Source of the DNA: Octopus bimaculoides
Taxonomy: Eukaryota
Reading direction: 5' to 3'
Assembly (NCBI RefSeq): GCF_001194135.2
Contig: NC_068990.1
Coordinates: forward strand, 81,251,854 to 81,315,853
Length of the DNA stretch: 64,000 bases
This document shows, piece after piece, positions 37,158-50,350 of the stretch. A program made the translations under genes and the position numbers. The stretch's first letter is position 1; the number at the start of each line of letters is the position of its first letter. The notes under the pieces were generated by a model that saw only the letters and a program-made list of their open reading frames with translations, had not been told where the DNA came from and did no database searches.

Positions 37158-37738
37158 TCCTTTACTCTTTTACTTCCTTCAGTCATTTGACTGTGGCCAT
37201 GCTGGAGCACTACCTTTAGTCGAGCAAAACGACCCCAGGAATTATTTTTGTAAGCCTAGTACTTATTCTATCGGTCTCTTTGGCCGAACCGCTAAGCTGC
37301 GGAGATGTAAACACACCAGCATCGGTTGTCAAGCGATGTTGGGGGGAAACCATAGACATACAAACATATACACACACACATACATACATATANNNNNNNN
37401 NNNNNNNNNNNNNNNNNNNNNNNNNNNNNNNNNNNNNNNNNNNNNNNNNNNNNNNNNNNNNNNNNNNNNNNNNNNNNNNNNNNNNNNNNNNNNNNNNNNN
37501 NNNNNNNNNNNNNNNNNNNNNNNNNNNNNNNNNNNNNNNNNNNNNNNNNNNNNNNTATATATATACATATATATACGACGGGCTTCTTTCAGTTTCCGTC
37601 TACCAAATCCATTCACAAGGCTTTGGTCGCCCCGAGGCTATAGTAGAAGACACTTGCCCAAGGTGTCACGCAGTGGGACTGAACCCGGAACTATGTGGTT
37701 CGTAAGCAAGCTACTTACCACACAGGCACTCCTACACC
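37158..37738 (-). mobile_element. SINE family B, internal microsatellite replaced by a gap
   Basis: Tail and head both present on either side of N 37393-37555. Confidence 0.85.
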
Positions 37739-39629
37739 GTATAATGAACTTCCTTTCGCAAGAGAGTAGTGTATGATTTAAGAGAGAAACAGGTGCTATT
37801 TTTCGCAGACCGGGTGACCACAAAGAGGTTCTCTAGAGAAATGAATTTTTAATTTCTGGTGAACACAAAAATAATACTCTGTGATTTCGATAGGGTTTCG
37901 ATTCCTGGTTATCTTCATTTCACTTCACATATTTCTAACGTCCTTAAAAAAATATCGTCCATATCTCATATGCTGATTTCCTCTTTGCCAATAATGTTGT
38001 TAAGGCGTAAATGTTTCGCACAATAGCTTTATTCACTAGCATTCTTAATACTCTTGTGTAAAGCTCAGGGGTAGCAAAACTTCAAATGTAGCTTCCTTAT
38101 AGGCCTGAATTAGTGAGTGTAAATAAAATAAACTTAATACAGTGTATATTTGAAGATATAGCGTTATACTTAGAGATTCTACATTATATGACAAAATAAT
38201 TCAAGGAACTAAAAATATAATTTTTAACAGGATTTTTCTAAGAGTTAGTAGAATCATTGTGATACAAATTCTGCATTAAGTGATACAGGATTTCGTATTC
38301 AGTGAAATAAAACTGAATACGCATATTCTTAAAGTATTTTAAAGTCGGCAATGAGCTCAGGACCCAAGAATATTGGTGGAATGTAACGTCCTCATAAGAT
38401 CCGGTACCTATTCTCAATAACGAAGATCACTTATTCATGAAGATAGGAGAATATGACAAAGAATCCCTTTCACTATGCAGCAGCCTTCCTTTCCACTATC
38501 AACGACGCTCACACCTTTTCCTTTACAGTCTTTCCTACAATTCTTTCTTTGTTAAATGATTCTAATTTCTTCCCCTTTTAGCAAATTATTTTCCTTGCAG
38601 TTAATGTTGTTATTGTTTTCCAACAGAAAATTGGATTTATGCAAAAATTCGGCTGGATCGACTAACTAAGTGGATGGAAGTCTTTTAGAAGGCATTCAAG
38701 AGTTTCAATCAATAATTTTCTTCAAATCAGCCTTTATTGCTTTATCAACTGCCAAATTTAGCCTAACAACTTAATAGTGTTGAGAAAGCAGCAACCTGCC
38801 ACTAATTTTGCTGGTCACGTCATTGATTCCAGCGCATTCTATATCGACTCATTCATAAATGGTGTTTTTTCAATTGCGCAATATTGTTTTGCGCTCCAGG
38901 GATAAATATATCTTGGAACAGTTCCATATTTTTCTCATTTCTTCATCATATAAGATATATTTTTCATCCCCAGGATCATTTTTATATGCAATCGTTGGCA
39001 GGACATAATCTGTTTTATTTTCTCCTGTCAAACTGTACTTCACTGAAGAAATCTTGTATATTTTATCGCTTTATATTTTAGAAATATATAACAAGTTCCG
39101 TGCCATATTACGACAGAAAATGGTTAAAGTAAACAGAAGAAACTAATCATGGATTCTTAACAGTCTTCTGTTGAAGAAACCCATATCGTAAAACATTTAT
39201 TGCGTTTCAATAGATACAGTAAAGAATCATAAAATATGAATATAATGTTGCAGAAAGTTGACTTGGACAAATATTGAGTCAACATATAGATTCCCATTTT
39301 GTATCTATTACAAAAGATCTGCTGATTAGAGAGACCTTTATCTTTTCTTGTTATACATCGACAGGAATAAGGTCAATATTTCTTTTAAGTTTTATGTATC
39401 GGTGGAGCTTCCGTTGGTAGTATATCTAATTCATTTAGTCAGCAAGGTGACTTGGGTCAAGTTAGTTAAAAGGAATATGTCTAATGACAAAAACAGAGGC
39501 CCACAAGACTAAGGACTAAATATTTACAGTACATGGCCCTATATTTAGCAATGAATTCACAATGTTAAAGAACCTATCTTTTTTCCTTGTTGGTTTTCCA
39601 GTAACACATACATAGGACTATGACTGTAT

Positions 39630-39925
39630 ATAATATTGACTTCAAAGTTTGGTACAAGGCCAGCAGTTTGGGGGAGGGGCCAAGAAGATTACATGGATTT
39701 TAGTATTCAACTGATACTTCCTTATCGACCACGAAAGAATGAAAGGCAAAGTCAACCCCGAAAGAAGAATCAAGACCATTCTCACCACTCAGCATCTTCC
39801 ATGCTTCCCTCTTGTGAGCTGACTGCACCACCAATGTTGGAAATTGAATTCAGAAAGGGAAGACGGACGAAATACTGCTAAGCATTTTACCCGACATACA
39901 AACGATTCTGCTAGCTCGACGTCCT
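39630..39925 (-). mobile_element. Diverged family A SINE with an unrelated insert of about 75 bp
   Basis: GTACAAGGCCAGCAGTTTGGGGGAGG..GAAAGAATGAAAGGCAAAGTCAAC [insert] GAATTCAGAA..GACGAAATACTGCTAAGCATTT..AACGATTCTGCTAGCTCG. Confidence 0.6.
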
Positions 39926-39945
39926 GTTATTGTATATACTGATGT

Positions 39946-39996
<51 letters not shown>

Positions 39997-40084
39997 GCTA
40001 TTAGAGTGGTGATTACTTTGAGAATTTGTTTAGCAGTTATAGGAATGCGGTACTAAGATGAGGATGTAAGCAGTTTCCTTCTCA

Positions 40085-40486
40085 GTGAAGCAAGCCAATC
40101 CACGATTAATTACATCGCATCCTCGTACTCTGGTGGCCCATCATTTTATCAACTTCTGACAGATTGACAGTAAGAGCTTTCTGCCCTGAGGAAATACAGA
40201 AGCGAATAAAGAACGAAAACACTGGAAAGCATCAGAGATACAAACCAACAGCAAGTTCACAAAGCTATTGTTTCAGAAACATCACCAGTGACATTTACGA
40301 GGTTGTCTCATATACTCAGAGCTGGCAGACCGAAGATCTCGTCTCACAAAGGCACCATTAGCTCCTCATCATCTTGCATCGATGAGGAGCGAATAGGGGC
40401 TGAAGAGCAATGTCAAACGGTTCTGCAAAACAAAAGGGAAAAGGCATAGAGAAAAAGGAATGTATTCAAACCTAAGGCGTCTTAGA
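40085..40486. repeat. Copy 1 of a direct repeat of about 400 bp
   Basis: GTGAAGCAAGCCAATCCAC..CCTAAGGCGTCTTAGA; roughly 85% identical by eye to 41395-41795. Confidence 0.9.
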
Positions 40487-40586
40487 AAGGTATTCTACTC
40501 CAACATATACTTGAAAATAAACAAGGCATTTCATGAAACCGCCTGCCTCTCAGTACAAACGCCAGTCATTTGCTGCTACCTCCCAT

Positions 40587-40613
40587 GTAGTAGTAGTAGT
40601 AGTAGTAGTAGTT

Positions 40614-40651
<38 letters not shown>
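40587..40651. repeat. (AGT)n microsatellite
   Basis: Read directly; lies between the two 400-bp repeat copies. Confidence 0.95.
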
Positions 40652-40652
<1 letters not shown>

Positions 40653-41394
40653 AGAGGTGAAGGAAGAGGAGGAGTGAAGAAGGGGAGCAGCAGCAGCAGC
40701 AGCATTTAAGACTGCATATTACCTTGATCTTGCCCACTTATCACTCAGTGAGGTTGGAAAATCGTTAATGAGCGCTGTCCCTCACTTTAAGATTAATGAA
40801 CATATAACAAAAAGTTAACGAGCGTCGCATCTTCTCGTTTTCTGTTCCTCTCTCACGATGTTGGAATTCTTACTGACGTAAAATACCATTATTTAACAAG
40901 TCACTGAAGAAGAATACCTGAAATCAGTGATCTATTACTTTCATATCCAGTTAAAGTTGAGCCAAATTGCTTTTTATGATCAGATTAGTCTGACTTCTAG
41001 ACCAGTTAAAACCATTCATTCGTCTTCCTATTTCACACAATGCGTTGTTTTTCTTACTTTATTTTCTCATTGTTTAAAAAACAAAAACAGTTTATGATAT
41101 CTGGATAATAATCAGTAACTTGCTGAAATATTTTTATACCCTACTTCTTTTTATTCGCTTTATGAATGTTTTTGACAATTTATGTACTTCGTTTGGACAT
41201 CAATAACTTATTTCCGCAACTTTTTCATTTATTTATACCGATTACAATGAGTGCTTGCGTTTTGAATTTTCTCTCAGTTGCTGTTGGTCTTGTAATTCTT
41301 AATAAGTCGTTTGGCAATTATCAGTTACTAAAAGGTCAGCCGGACCATTATGCGTAGGTGACATTATATCATCATGCCACGTCATCAAGCGTGG

Positions 41395-41795
41395 GTGAAG
41401 CAAGCCAATCCACAATTAATTACATCGCATCCTCGTACTCTGGTGGCTCATCATTTTATCAACTTCTGACAGATTGACAGTAAGAGCTTTCTGCCCTGAG
41501 GAAATACAGAAGCGAATAAAGAACGAAAACATTGGACAGCATCGGAGATGCAAACAACAGCAAGTCCACAAAGCTGTTGTTTCAGAAACATCACCAGTGA
41601 CATTTACAAAGTTGTCTCATATACTCAGAGCTTGCATATCGAAGATCTCGCATCACAAAAAGCACCATTAGCTCCTCACCGTCTTGCATGGATAAGGAGC
41701 AATAGGGGCTGAAGAGCAACGTCAAATGGTTCTGCAAAGCAAAAGGAAAAAGGCAGAGAGAAAAAAGAATGTATTCAAACCTAAGGCGTCTTAGA
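41395..41795. repeat. Copy 2 of a direct repeat of about 400 bp
   Basis: Offset 1310 bp from copy 1; explains the near-identical ORFs 40164-40361 and 41474-41671. Confidence 0.9.
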
Positions 41796-42295
41796 CGAGT
41801 GGGTAAGAGCCAAGAGCCCGCCCCTCCTTCCGGTGATGAAGGATTCACGAGTGCTTTGCATCATAGAAAAAAACTCCAGAACAATTTGCTGAACGATCTG
41901 GAAATGGAGCAGAGGTTTGATGTGTTTAGTGAGATGATATTTGAGGACCTAAATATAAAAATCATTACTAAAATTTAGTCGAATTAGTAGGGTGCTCTCG
42001 ATTCAACTTTCTGTTTCAATTTATTCATTTATTTACCTTAACCCTGTGTGTTTTGTGCGCGCGTGTGTGTGTGTGTAAGTGTGTGTGGGTATGTATGAGT
42101 GTGTTTGTGTGTGTGTGCGTGTATGTGTATGTGTTTTTATCTAATTATACATTGCACTTAATTGTACCATTTTTTAACGTCATATTTATTTCATAAGGTT
42201 CTTATCCCACCTTCGTTACATATAACATTATTTTTACACCAATACGTATTCTGGTCACGCCTTGCTGAATCTACGTATAGGCACTTGTCAGTAAG

Positions 42296-42580
42296 TTATT
42301 ATTATTATTATTATTATTATTTTATGTTTGACTTTTACTTTGCATTTGTACAAGTTGGATCCAGGTTGACTTGGACAGGAGAGAGACGGTGGTCGTTCCA
42401 TTCTCCCATACTAAATTAATTGGACAATGAATGTCAGTGGAGAATGACCATTGAATGGGCCTGTTGGCCGAGAAATGATAGCCGCGAAGGCGTACTTATC
42501 TCAGGTTGTCAGGCTCACCTCAGTTGTGTGATTCTTGATTGACCCGAAGGAATGTTTTACTCTACTGGGGATTTGACTTT
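42296..42580. mobile_element. Interspersed repeat abutting a (TTA)n tract
   Basis: (TTA)n followed by TTTATGTTTGACTTTTACTTTGCATTTGTACAAGTTGG.., a GC-elevated block; family not identified. Confidence 0.4.
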
Positions 42581-42712
42581 CCGCCACTCTTTTTGGTTTT
42601 ATCTTCCTGTTAACAAGCTTTCAATGTAAGGCCTCTCTGTCGTATTGTATTCTCTCTCTTTTGTTCTCTATTGTATGTTTTTGAGCTCCTGTGACACATA
42701 AAGAACACATCA

Positions 42713-42772
42713 CCACCACCACCACCACCACCACCATCCTCCTCCTCCTCCTCCTCCTCCGCCTCCTCCTCC

Positions 42773-42830
<58 letters not shown>
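42713..42830. repeat. (CAC)n-(CCT)n-(ATT)n compound microsatellite
   Basis: Read directly. Confidence 0.95.
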
Positions 42831-44587
42831 TTTAATTCAAACCTAACCCATAAATTATTGGCTTTTTCTTTGAAAACATGTTTCCATGGAATATTCTTGT
42901 CCCACTGATGTCATCCCCATAGAACGACATCAATTTCTAATCATTACATTTCATGCTAACACTATTAAACGCTCTATTAGAGGTTCATTAAAAAAAAAAA
43001 TGTCCATTATTAAAATCAGAAAAAAAAAAAAAGAATTCACAAGAGTTGGGATTGACATCGGGGTGTTGTCTAATTATGTAAAACTGTATAGAAATGATGA
43101 CGTGTTTCATATGTTACTAAAAGGACTGCAATATTTTACTGCATTGTTTAAATATTTCTCTCTCAATTACATTCATGTCATCAAAAATTTCAATCACCTA
43201 ATTGATAGGACTTTTCCATATTTAATTTACATTTACCGTATGATTGTGGCGATGGATTTTGCACAATCGAGAGAGCGTCTCGCAAGATATATTGTGATAT
43301 ATCTGTTATATCTAGTTATTTCTCATAATGATTAAATAGGTGATCGTCAAATATCCAAATCCTGCAAAAAAATAATGCCTTTGTGCCAATACGGGAAATT
43401 ATATATGTCAATATTACTTTGGATGGTGGACTTCACCCACCGTTCGGTTAAACACTACTATTTGGTCCTTTGATACCTTTAGTAAATCATTCTGTTACAG
43501 ACATTCGGTTTCAGAAAACGTTCCCTCCTACCTCCTGCTGTTTCTTGGAGGCCTTGTAATGTCTCATGGGCACCGCCACCCCGCCTGACTAAAACCTTTT
43601 TTTTTTAAATCGAATTTCCCCTGGTTTTCTGCCATTTCTTGCCGTAACTGCAGTAAAACATTGACGGGGTGGAAAAAAAAATTAATAATTCAATATTTTA
43701 GTTGTTTTTTCTGCTACGTTTTGAAATATATTATTAAGCATAAGTAAGGTTGTGAACCAGCAGAATTGCAGCCGCACTAAACAAAATGTTCAGTGGCATT
43801 TTTCCGCCTCCTTACGTTATGAGTTTCAACGCCACCGAGTTCGACTCTGCCCTTCATTATTTCAGAGTCGATAAAATAACTACAAGTGGAGTTGATTTAA
43901 TCTATTCACTCTCCCCGCAAGAACTACTGGCCTTGTGCCAAAATTAGAATTATTAAGCCTAAGTATATTAAAACACAAGATAATGTAGTAAATATTGATT
44001 AAATAATTCTTTTCTCTTTTCTTTTTTTTGTTTTCAGTTCTCAGCTTTTGGCATGTTAATCAATGGAGACGAATTGGCGAAGGCGTTAGAAAGTCAGACA
44101 AAATGATTAGCTGTATTTGTTGAAGCTTCTCTGAATTTCTGAGTTCAAATCCCACCGAGCCCATTTTTGTCTTTCATTGTCAGTAAACAAAGTATCGGTC
44201 CAGGATGGTGGAACAGTTGAGTTCTTTCAGTGTTGAACGAGATGCCTTACTGTATTTGTCCGGATCTCTGTATTCTTGGTTCCAATTCCTCTCTTACTAA
44301 TCTTTCGCACCCTATAAATAGGAAGTGGTTCCTTCAAGACCTGACTAATAGTGGTAGAATGCTTCTGTTAGAAAGAGCGATGCACCGATTAGGTCAATAT
44401 GCACGAATGCAAAATATGGATGCTTTACGCAAAGTTGTGTTAAAGGTGATAGAAAAATGTAACTTAATTAGGGGAAGAGCAACGTTATGACCTCCTTCAG
44501 GACTGCTCTTACTTTCTTGATATAGTAAGGAGTGATTTGGTGCAGCTATTTCTAGAACGTTGGGTGACCACCTAAAGAATTTCTCAT

Positions 44588-45008
44588 TGGCAGTAACGTT
44601 ACCACGCCGGGCGAAATGCTTAGCAGTATTTCGTCTGCCGCTACGTTCTGAGTTCAAATTCCACCTAGGTCGACTTTGCCTTTCATCCTTTCGGGGTCGA
44701 TAAATTAAGTACCAGTTGCACACTGGGGTCGATGTAATCGACTTAATCCCTTTGTCTGTCCTTGTTTGTCCCCTCTATGTTTAGCTCCTTGTGGGCAATA
44801 AAGAAATAAGAAACGTTAGCACGCCGGGCGAAATGCTTAGCGGTATTTCGTCTGTCTTTACGTTCTAAGTTCAAATTCCGCCGAGGTCAACTTTGCCTTT
44901 TATCCTTACGGAGTCGATAAATTAAGTCCCAGTTGCGTACTAGAGTCGATCTAATCGACTGGTCCCCTCCCTCAAAATTTCGAGCCGTGTGCCTAGAGTA
45001 GAAAAAAA
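44588..45008 (+). mobile_element. SINE family A dimer (A1+A2)
   Basis: Same structure, junction at 44808/44809. Confidence 0.85.
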
Positions 45009-46027
45009 TATGTAAATGAATGGTAAAAGTACCAGTATAAGAATTGATGTGGAACGATTATTAGTCTGTTTCTTACTTAGGGGCAAGGCCCAAAATTTTG
45101 AAGGAAGGAGGAGTCAATCATATGCAACCCAGTACTTTATTTTTCGACTCCGGAAAGATGAAAAGCTATGTTTAGTACAACGGGATTTATACACAAGACG
45201 CAAAGAACCAAAAGTAATAAAAGGTGTCTTAACAATATAATAGCAATTCTGCCAGTTAATTAATCTGAGTATCAATGTTTAGATTACCAAAGTAGTATTT
45301 GAACTCAGAACGTAAGAAAAAAGCAGATCAAATTCTAGAAGACATCTTTTCCAGTCGCTAGTGATACTGCTAATTGACCACCCTGAGAAACAATGTTTAA
45401 TTGAAACTAAGCAACTAATATTATCTTCCATCGATTAATTCCATGTGTTTTATATCTCTGTTGCTGTTTAGTAAGAGGTCAGCGTTGATCAAGTAGACCT
45501 ACAGATAATTGGTATTCAAGCCATCTTTTCAGACATGCTATATTTCAGACTACATTGTTATTTATTTAAGACGGAATAGTGTGATTATGAGCGATTTGGT
45601 TGTTATTTCTAGCTGGTAGAGCGTCTATGTAGGAGCTTCTTTATTGATTTCATATAGTACTTGTTTTATGGCTTAGTCAAAGGTGGAAGGATGGTGTTGA
45701 TGAGATTTGTTAGGGGCACCGACATTGTAGGAAAGAAGAAATGAAGTTAAGCTGGGACTGGAGACCTTTCCCTGGGGGTGGGTTTAACAAAATGGATCCT
45801 ACAAAAGACGGGCATGGGCTGTATGGTTGTATTAAACCCGAGGATAGATTAAATCCACCCACACTTGAATCAGGAACGGTGTCTCCGACGTATCTTTTCA
45901 GTTTCTTGCCTCCCAGATTTCACTGTCAAAGCCATGTGGTCATTCTTAGATTGTAATGGAATACACTTGACCCTTATCCAAAGCACTGTGCTATTTTCTT
46001 GAGCCTAAAGCTGTATATGTGGGGGGG

Positions 46028-46345
46028 GGGAGGCATGGACTAGTGGTTAGAGTTTTACACTCACGATCGCTAGATCGTGATTTCGATTCGTAGACCGGGT
46101 GGTGCATTGTGCTCTTGAGCAAAACACTTCATGGTACGTTGCTCTGTAATCACTTTGACACCTGATGTGCGGTTCACAGTGCACCCGTTCAGACAACGTC
46201 GATTTGATGGAGAGAGAGACAGAGAGAGACAGAGAGAAAGAGAGAGAGAGAGAGACGAAATGTGCGGCACAAACATTTGATTACTTAAAACAGATCATTT
46301 GTGCAGGTCATTCGGCAAAGAGCTGAATCCTCAAACGTCGTCTTC
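46028..46345 (+). mobile_element. tRNA-derived SINE (family D-related head) with internal (AG)n
   Basis: TGGACTAGTGGTTAGAG..GATTTCGATTCG..GACCGGG..TTGTGCTCTTGAGCAAAACAC. Its 3' part matches the reverse complement of about 31240-31312. Confidence 0.7.
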
Positions 46346-46426
46346 GGTTGGAGAGTATATCATATACATACATACACATACATACATACATACATACATA
46401 CATGCATATATATGTATATGTATACT

Positions 46427-46461
<35 letters not shown>

Positions 46462-46677
46462 NNNNNNNNNNNNNNNNNNNNNNNNNNNNNNNNNNNNNNN
46501 NNNNNNNNNNNNNNNNNNNNNNNNNNNNNNNNNNNNNNNNNNNNNNNNNNNNNNNNNNTATATATATAAGAAGATGGAGAAGAAAACAAGTAGATTTTTA
46601 TGAAAAACTATAAAAGTTCAACAATAATAATATCCAAATATATCAAAAATGAGGTGGAGAGAAAAAAGAAGCAAAGT

Positions 46678-46713
<36 letters not shown>

Positions 46714-47721
46714 CTGGGAAGAAAGATAGGAAAAAGAAAGAAAGAGCGGGAGAGAGAGAGAGAGAGTCAGAATCAGAGAGAAAAATGGCAGACAGGCAGA
46801 CAGAAAGAGACTGTTGGGTGTTTGTATGTAGCGAATTTCTTTCATTTGCTAAGTCTATAGATTTGCTAAGAACCTTACTGCCGTGTTCATCCCCCTTCAG
46901 TTGAAAAAAGCAAAGGAAGCGATTATTAACAAAATTAAAATGGTTTTTCCTCCAGAATGGACATCTTAGCAATTAGTTCAATTCAGCTTATTTCATAGAA
47001 AATCTTTCTTTCGTCTACTTTAATACTCTCCTCGGAATCACGTTTCACACTTGTCCGAGAAGCAAAACCACCAATATTCTTGAATCACTTTTCAATTCAT
47101 TGCATTTCTTTTTTGCCTTCTTTCCTTCTTTATTTACCATTTCTTATTTCTTTTCTATTTACTTGTATTTTTCTACTTCCTTCAGTCCGTTTCCTTTCTT
47201 CATTTGTCTTCTTTTCTTCTTCCTATTCATCATTATTTCTATCATCGTCGTCGTCGTCGTCTTATTCATCGTCGTCAACATTGCCATGGTCGTTATCGTC
47301 TTCATCCTCATCGCTGTCGTCGTCATATTTTATCGTCGTGGTTATCTCAGTATTTGGCTGGAATATAACAGAGCCTGGCTTAAACTTCAAAAGCACGATT
47401 TCACGAAATCGACTTGAAGTTTTTCACTTAAGAATTTGATATCCCAATCATACATATGATTTCAGCCACCAAACAATCGAACCGCAATTCAATACTATAA
47501 AAGAAAGAAGTACCAGTCAAGTACTGGAGTTGATAGTATCAAATACACCCCTCCTCAAAGTTGCTGGCCTTGCATCTAAATAAGAAAGTTATTACTAAGA
47601 GCCGTAAAAGCTTTTGCTGGTGACTGTGAAGAGTATGTACAGTGTACGCTATATGAATTTGTGTTATATAACATAAACTTATACAGCACACACTATACAT
47701 ATATTAAGGCAGCGAACTGAA

Positions 47722-48061
47722 GGAGCATGGCTCAGTAGTGAGAGCGTCGGGGTTGCAATCATGAGGTAATGAGTTCGATTCCCTGACCGGGCTGTGTGTT
47801 GTGTTCTTGAGCAAGGTACCTTACTTCACGTTGCTCCAGTTCACTCAGCTGTAGAAATGAGTTGCAACATCACTGGTGCCAAGCTGTATCGGCCTTTGCC
47901 TTTCCCTTAGATAACGCCGGTGGTGTGGAGAGGGGTGGCTGGTATGCATGGGCAAGTGCTGGTCTTCCATAAGCAACCTTGCCCAGACTTGTACTTCGGA
48001 GGGTAACTTTCTCGGTGCAATCCCTTGGACATTCATGACCGAAGGGGGTCTTCACCCTTTC
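47722..48061 (+). mobile_element. tRNA-derived SINE family D with TSD
   Basis: A-box TGGCTCAGTAGT, B-box GAGTTCGATTCC, TGTGTTCTTGAGCAAG..CACGTTGCTCCAGTTCACTCAGCTG. Flanked by AGGCAGCGAACTGAA (47707-47721) and AGGCTGCGAACTAAA (48062-48076). Confidence 0.85.
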
Positions 48062-48265
48062 AGGCTGCGAACTAAAAGAATTGTTAGCGCGTCGAACAAA
48101 ATGCTCACCGGGATTTCTTTTGGATCTTTGCATTCTGATTTTAACTTCTGCAGTGGTCGACTTTGCTTTCTGTCTTTTTGAAATTGATAAAATAAGTACC
48201 AACTAAGCACTGGAGTCAATATAATCCTCCTCAAATGACTGGCCTTGTGACAAAATTAGAAACTA
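48062..48265 (+). mobile_element. Diverged family A SINE whose head is interrupted by the 47722-48061 SINE
   Basis: GGCTGCGAACT..AGAATTGTTAGCGCG..AAATGC..GTCGACTTTGC..GATAAAATAAGTACCA..CTGGCCTTGTGACAAAATTAGAAAC. Confidence 0.65.
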
Positions 48266-49708
48266 TTGTTGAATTATCATGTAGGACACGAGGTGTGCTC
48301 GTTACTGGTGGCATGTGGGATGTATCAAGTAAATTATTATACAACGGAGAGGATCTTCCCATTGGCTGGTTGCGAGCAGGTATTTTTTTGTTTCCGTTTA
48401 CGAGAACCGCAACTAAAGGTGAAACACTGGGGTGTTTTGTTGTGCATTTTAACGAGAAGAGGAAGGAAAATGGCCATGACTTCTTTTCACTGATAATCTA
48501 TCAGCTGGGAGGAAGAGAGGAAGTTATCTGCAAACCAGAGACCTCACCGGATACCTGCAACATACTGATATCCACTGAGGGCAACAACTAAGAGTCAATG
48601 GATGATGTTGCAGCGTATAATGTCGATGACCCTAAAGTAAGAATGATCCGACAAATGGGCTGCCACACAGATTCCATCGAGAAAAATTATCTCACAAACT
48701 CTTGGCACCCCAAAGCTACGATGGGAAACACATTTACTGGGTTCCGCTTAATGGAATCAAACCTCAAATCACGCAGTTGGAATTTTGAGTTTTTAACAAC
48801 GCAGCCATGCCGGAACCGATGCGAACACCCACCACCACTATCATAGCTTCTTTAAATCCTGTGACTCAAATTATTGAATTTTTTTTCTGTACAATCATCA
48901 AATTATTTTCTTTATGTCATTCAATGTGACATTGGTATCTCCATGAATAGAATCTTCAACATCGTTTAAAATACGACCACAATTTTTTTAAAGACCTAAA
49001 TCTTAGCACAACATTCCACACAACAAAGAGTTGTGATCGATAGAATACCGATTGATCGATTATCTGATTAGTTATTACGCAATCACAAGTTTTCTTGAAC
49101 AGATCTGACTAAGACTATTGAATAACAACAATTGCCATTCTCCATAAAATAGGAATCTGAGTGAGAAATTCTTCAATATCACTGTGACAACATCCTTTAA
49201 ACCATAGGCTTGTAGCATGAAACAACTTCATTACCTAACGTAACATACGGTGATAACTGAACCGATAAAAAATTAAGATGAGCGCTTTTAAGCCCAAATA
49301 ATCCGAAAACACCAATATAATTTTATCCATTTCATTCAATCTTTCTCTTAAAACAGATAATTCTCATAAAAACCGCCTGAAATATCAAGATTTTGACTTC
49401 TCTGACACCTGATACAATTCATCTCTATACTAGATTTAACTTAAAAATATCACTCACAATTCAAATATATTTTCTTGTCATTAATCTTCCGGAAAGCCTA
49501 ATTTGACAAGATAAAGTAATTGCCTGATGAAATAAGTCCTCCATCCGATATCACTGTGACCTCTTCGATTTTGTCAGAGATAATGAATACAATTCATAGA
49601 TGCAGAAAAATTTCGTTCGAAATTATATTTCGCTATCTGAAACATTCATGCATGCTCGTATGTAAGAAGTTGACCCTTACATTTTAACCCACCAAAGTAC
49701 TAGATGTT

Positions 49709-49940
<232 letters not shown>

Positions 49941-50156
49941 NNNNNNNNNNNNNNNNNNNNNNNNNNNNNNNNNNNNNNNNNNNNNNNNNNNNNNNNNNNN
50001 NNNNNNNNNNNNNNNNNNNNNNNNNNNNNNNNNNNNNNNNNNNNNNNNNNNNNNNNNNNNNNNNNNNNNNNNNNNNNNNNNNNNNNNNNNNNNNNNNNNN
50101 NNNNNNNNNNNNNNNNNNNNNNNNNNNNNNNNNNNNNNNNNNNNNNNNNNNNNNNN

Positions 50157-50241
50157 AAATAAGTACCAGTTGAACACTGGGGTCGATGTAATCGACTCAT
50201 CCCTTCCCCCAAAATTGCTGCCCTTGTGGAAAATTTGAAAC

Positions 50242-50243
<2 letters not shown>
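50157..50243 (+). mobile_element. Family A SINE 3' end after a gap
   Basis: AAATAAGTACCAGTTGAACACTGGGGTCGATGTAATCGACT..CCCCCAAAATTGCTGCCCTTGTG. Confidence 0.7.
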
Positions 50244-50286
<43 letters not shown>

Positions 50287-50350
50287 CAGTAGTAGTAGTA
50301 GTAGTGGGAGGAGGAGGAGGAGGAGGAGGAAGAAGAGGAGGAGGAGGAGG
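50244..50350. repeat. (ATT)n-(AGT)n-(AGG)n compound microsatellite
   Basis: Read directly. Confidence 0.95.

Noticed and set aside
38400-39050. Possible very old RTE-type LINE fragment on the minus strand (SPIFMNK*D resembling VPIFKNKGD)
   Set aside because: Only one or two short motifs amid many stops; needs an HMM search.
40395-40435. GGGG-CTGAAGA-GCA..TGC-AAAAC in the 400-bp repeat (also about 41705-41745)
   Set aside because: G12 is absent in both copies and there is no stem I or III partner; not a hammerhead.
45480-45620. Recurrent old repeat with a (G/T)CTATTTCTAGC motif (also about 34800, 44550, 50540, 59900)
   Set aside because: Probably a real ancient family, but too degraded to assign boundaries or class.
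48235-48846. ORFs 48235-48591 and 48598-48846
   Set aside because: They start inside a SINE tail, have no recognisable domain and show no splice structure; probably repeat-derived.
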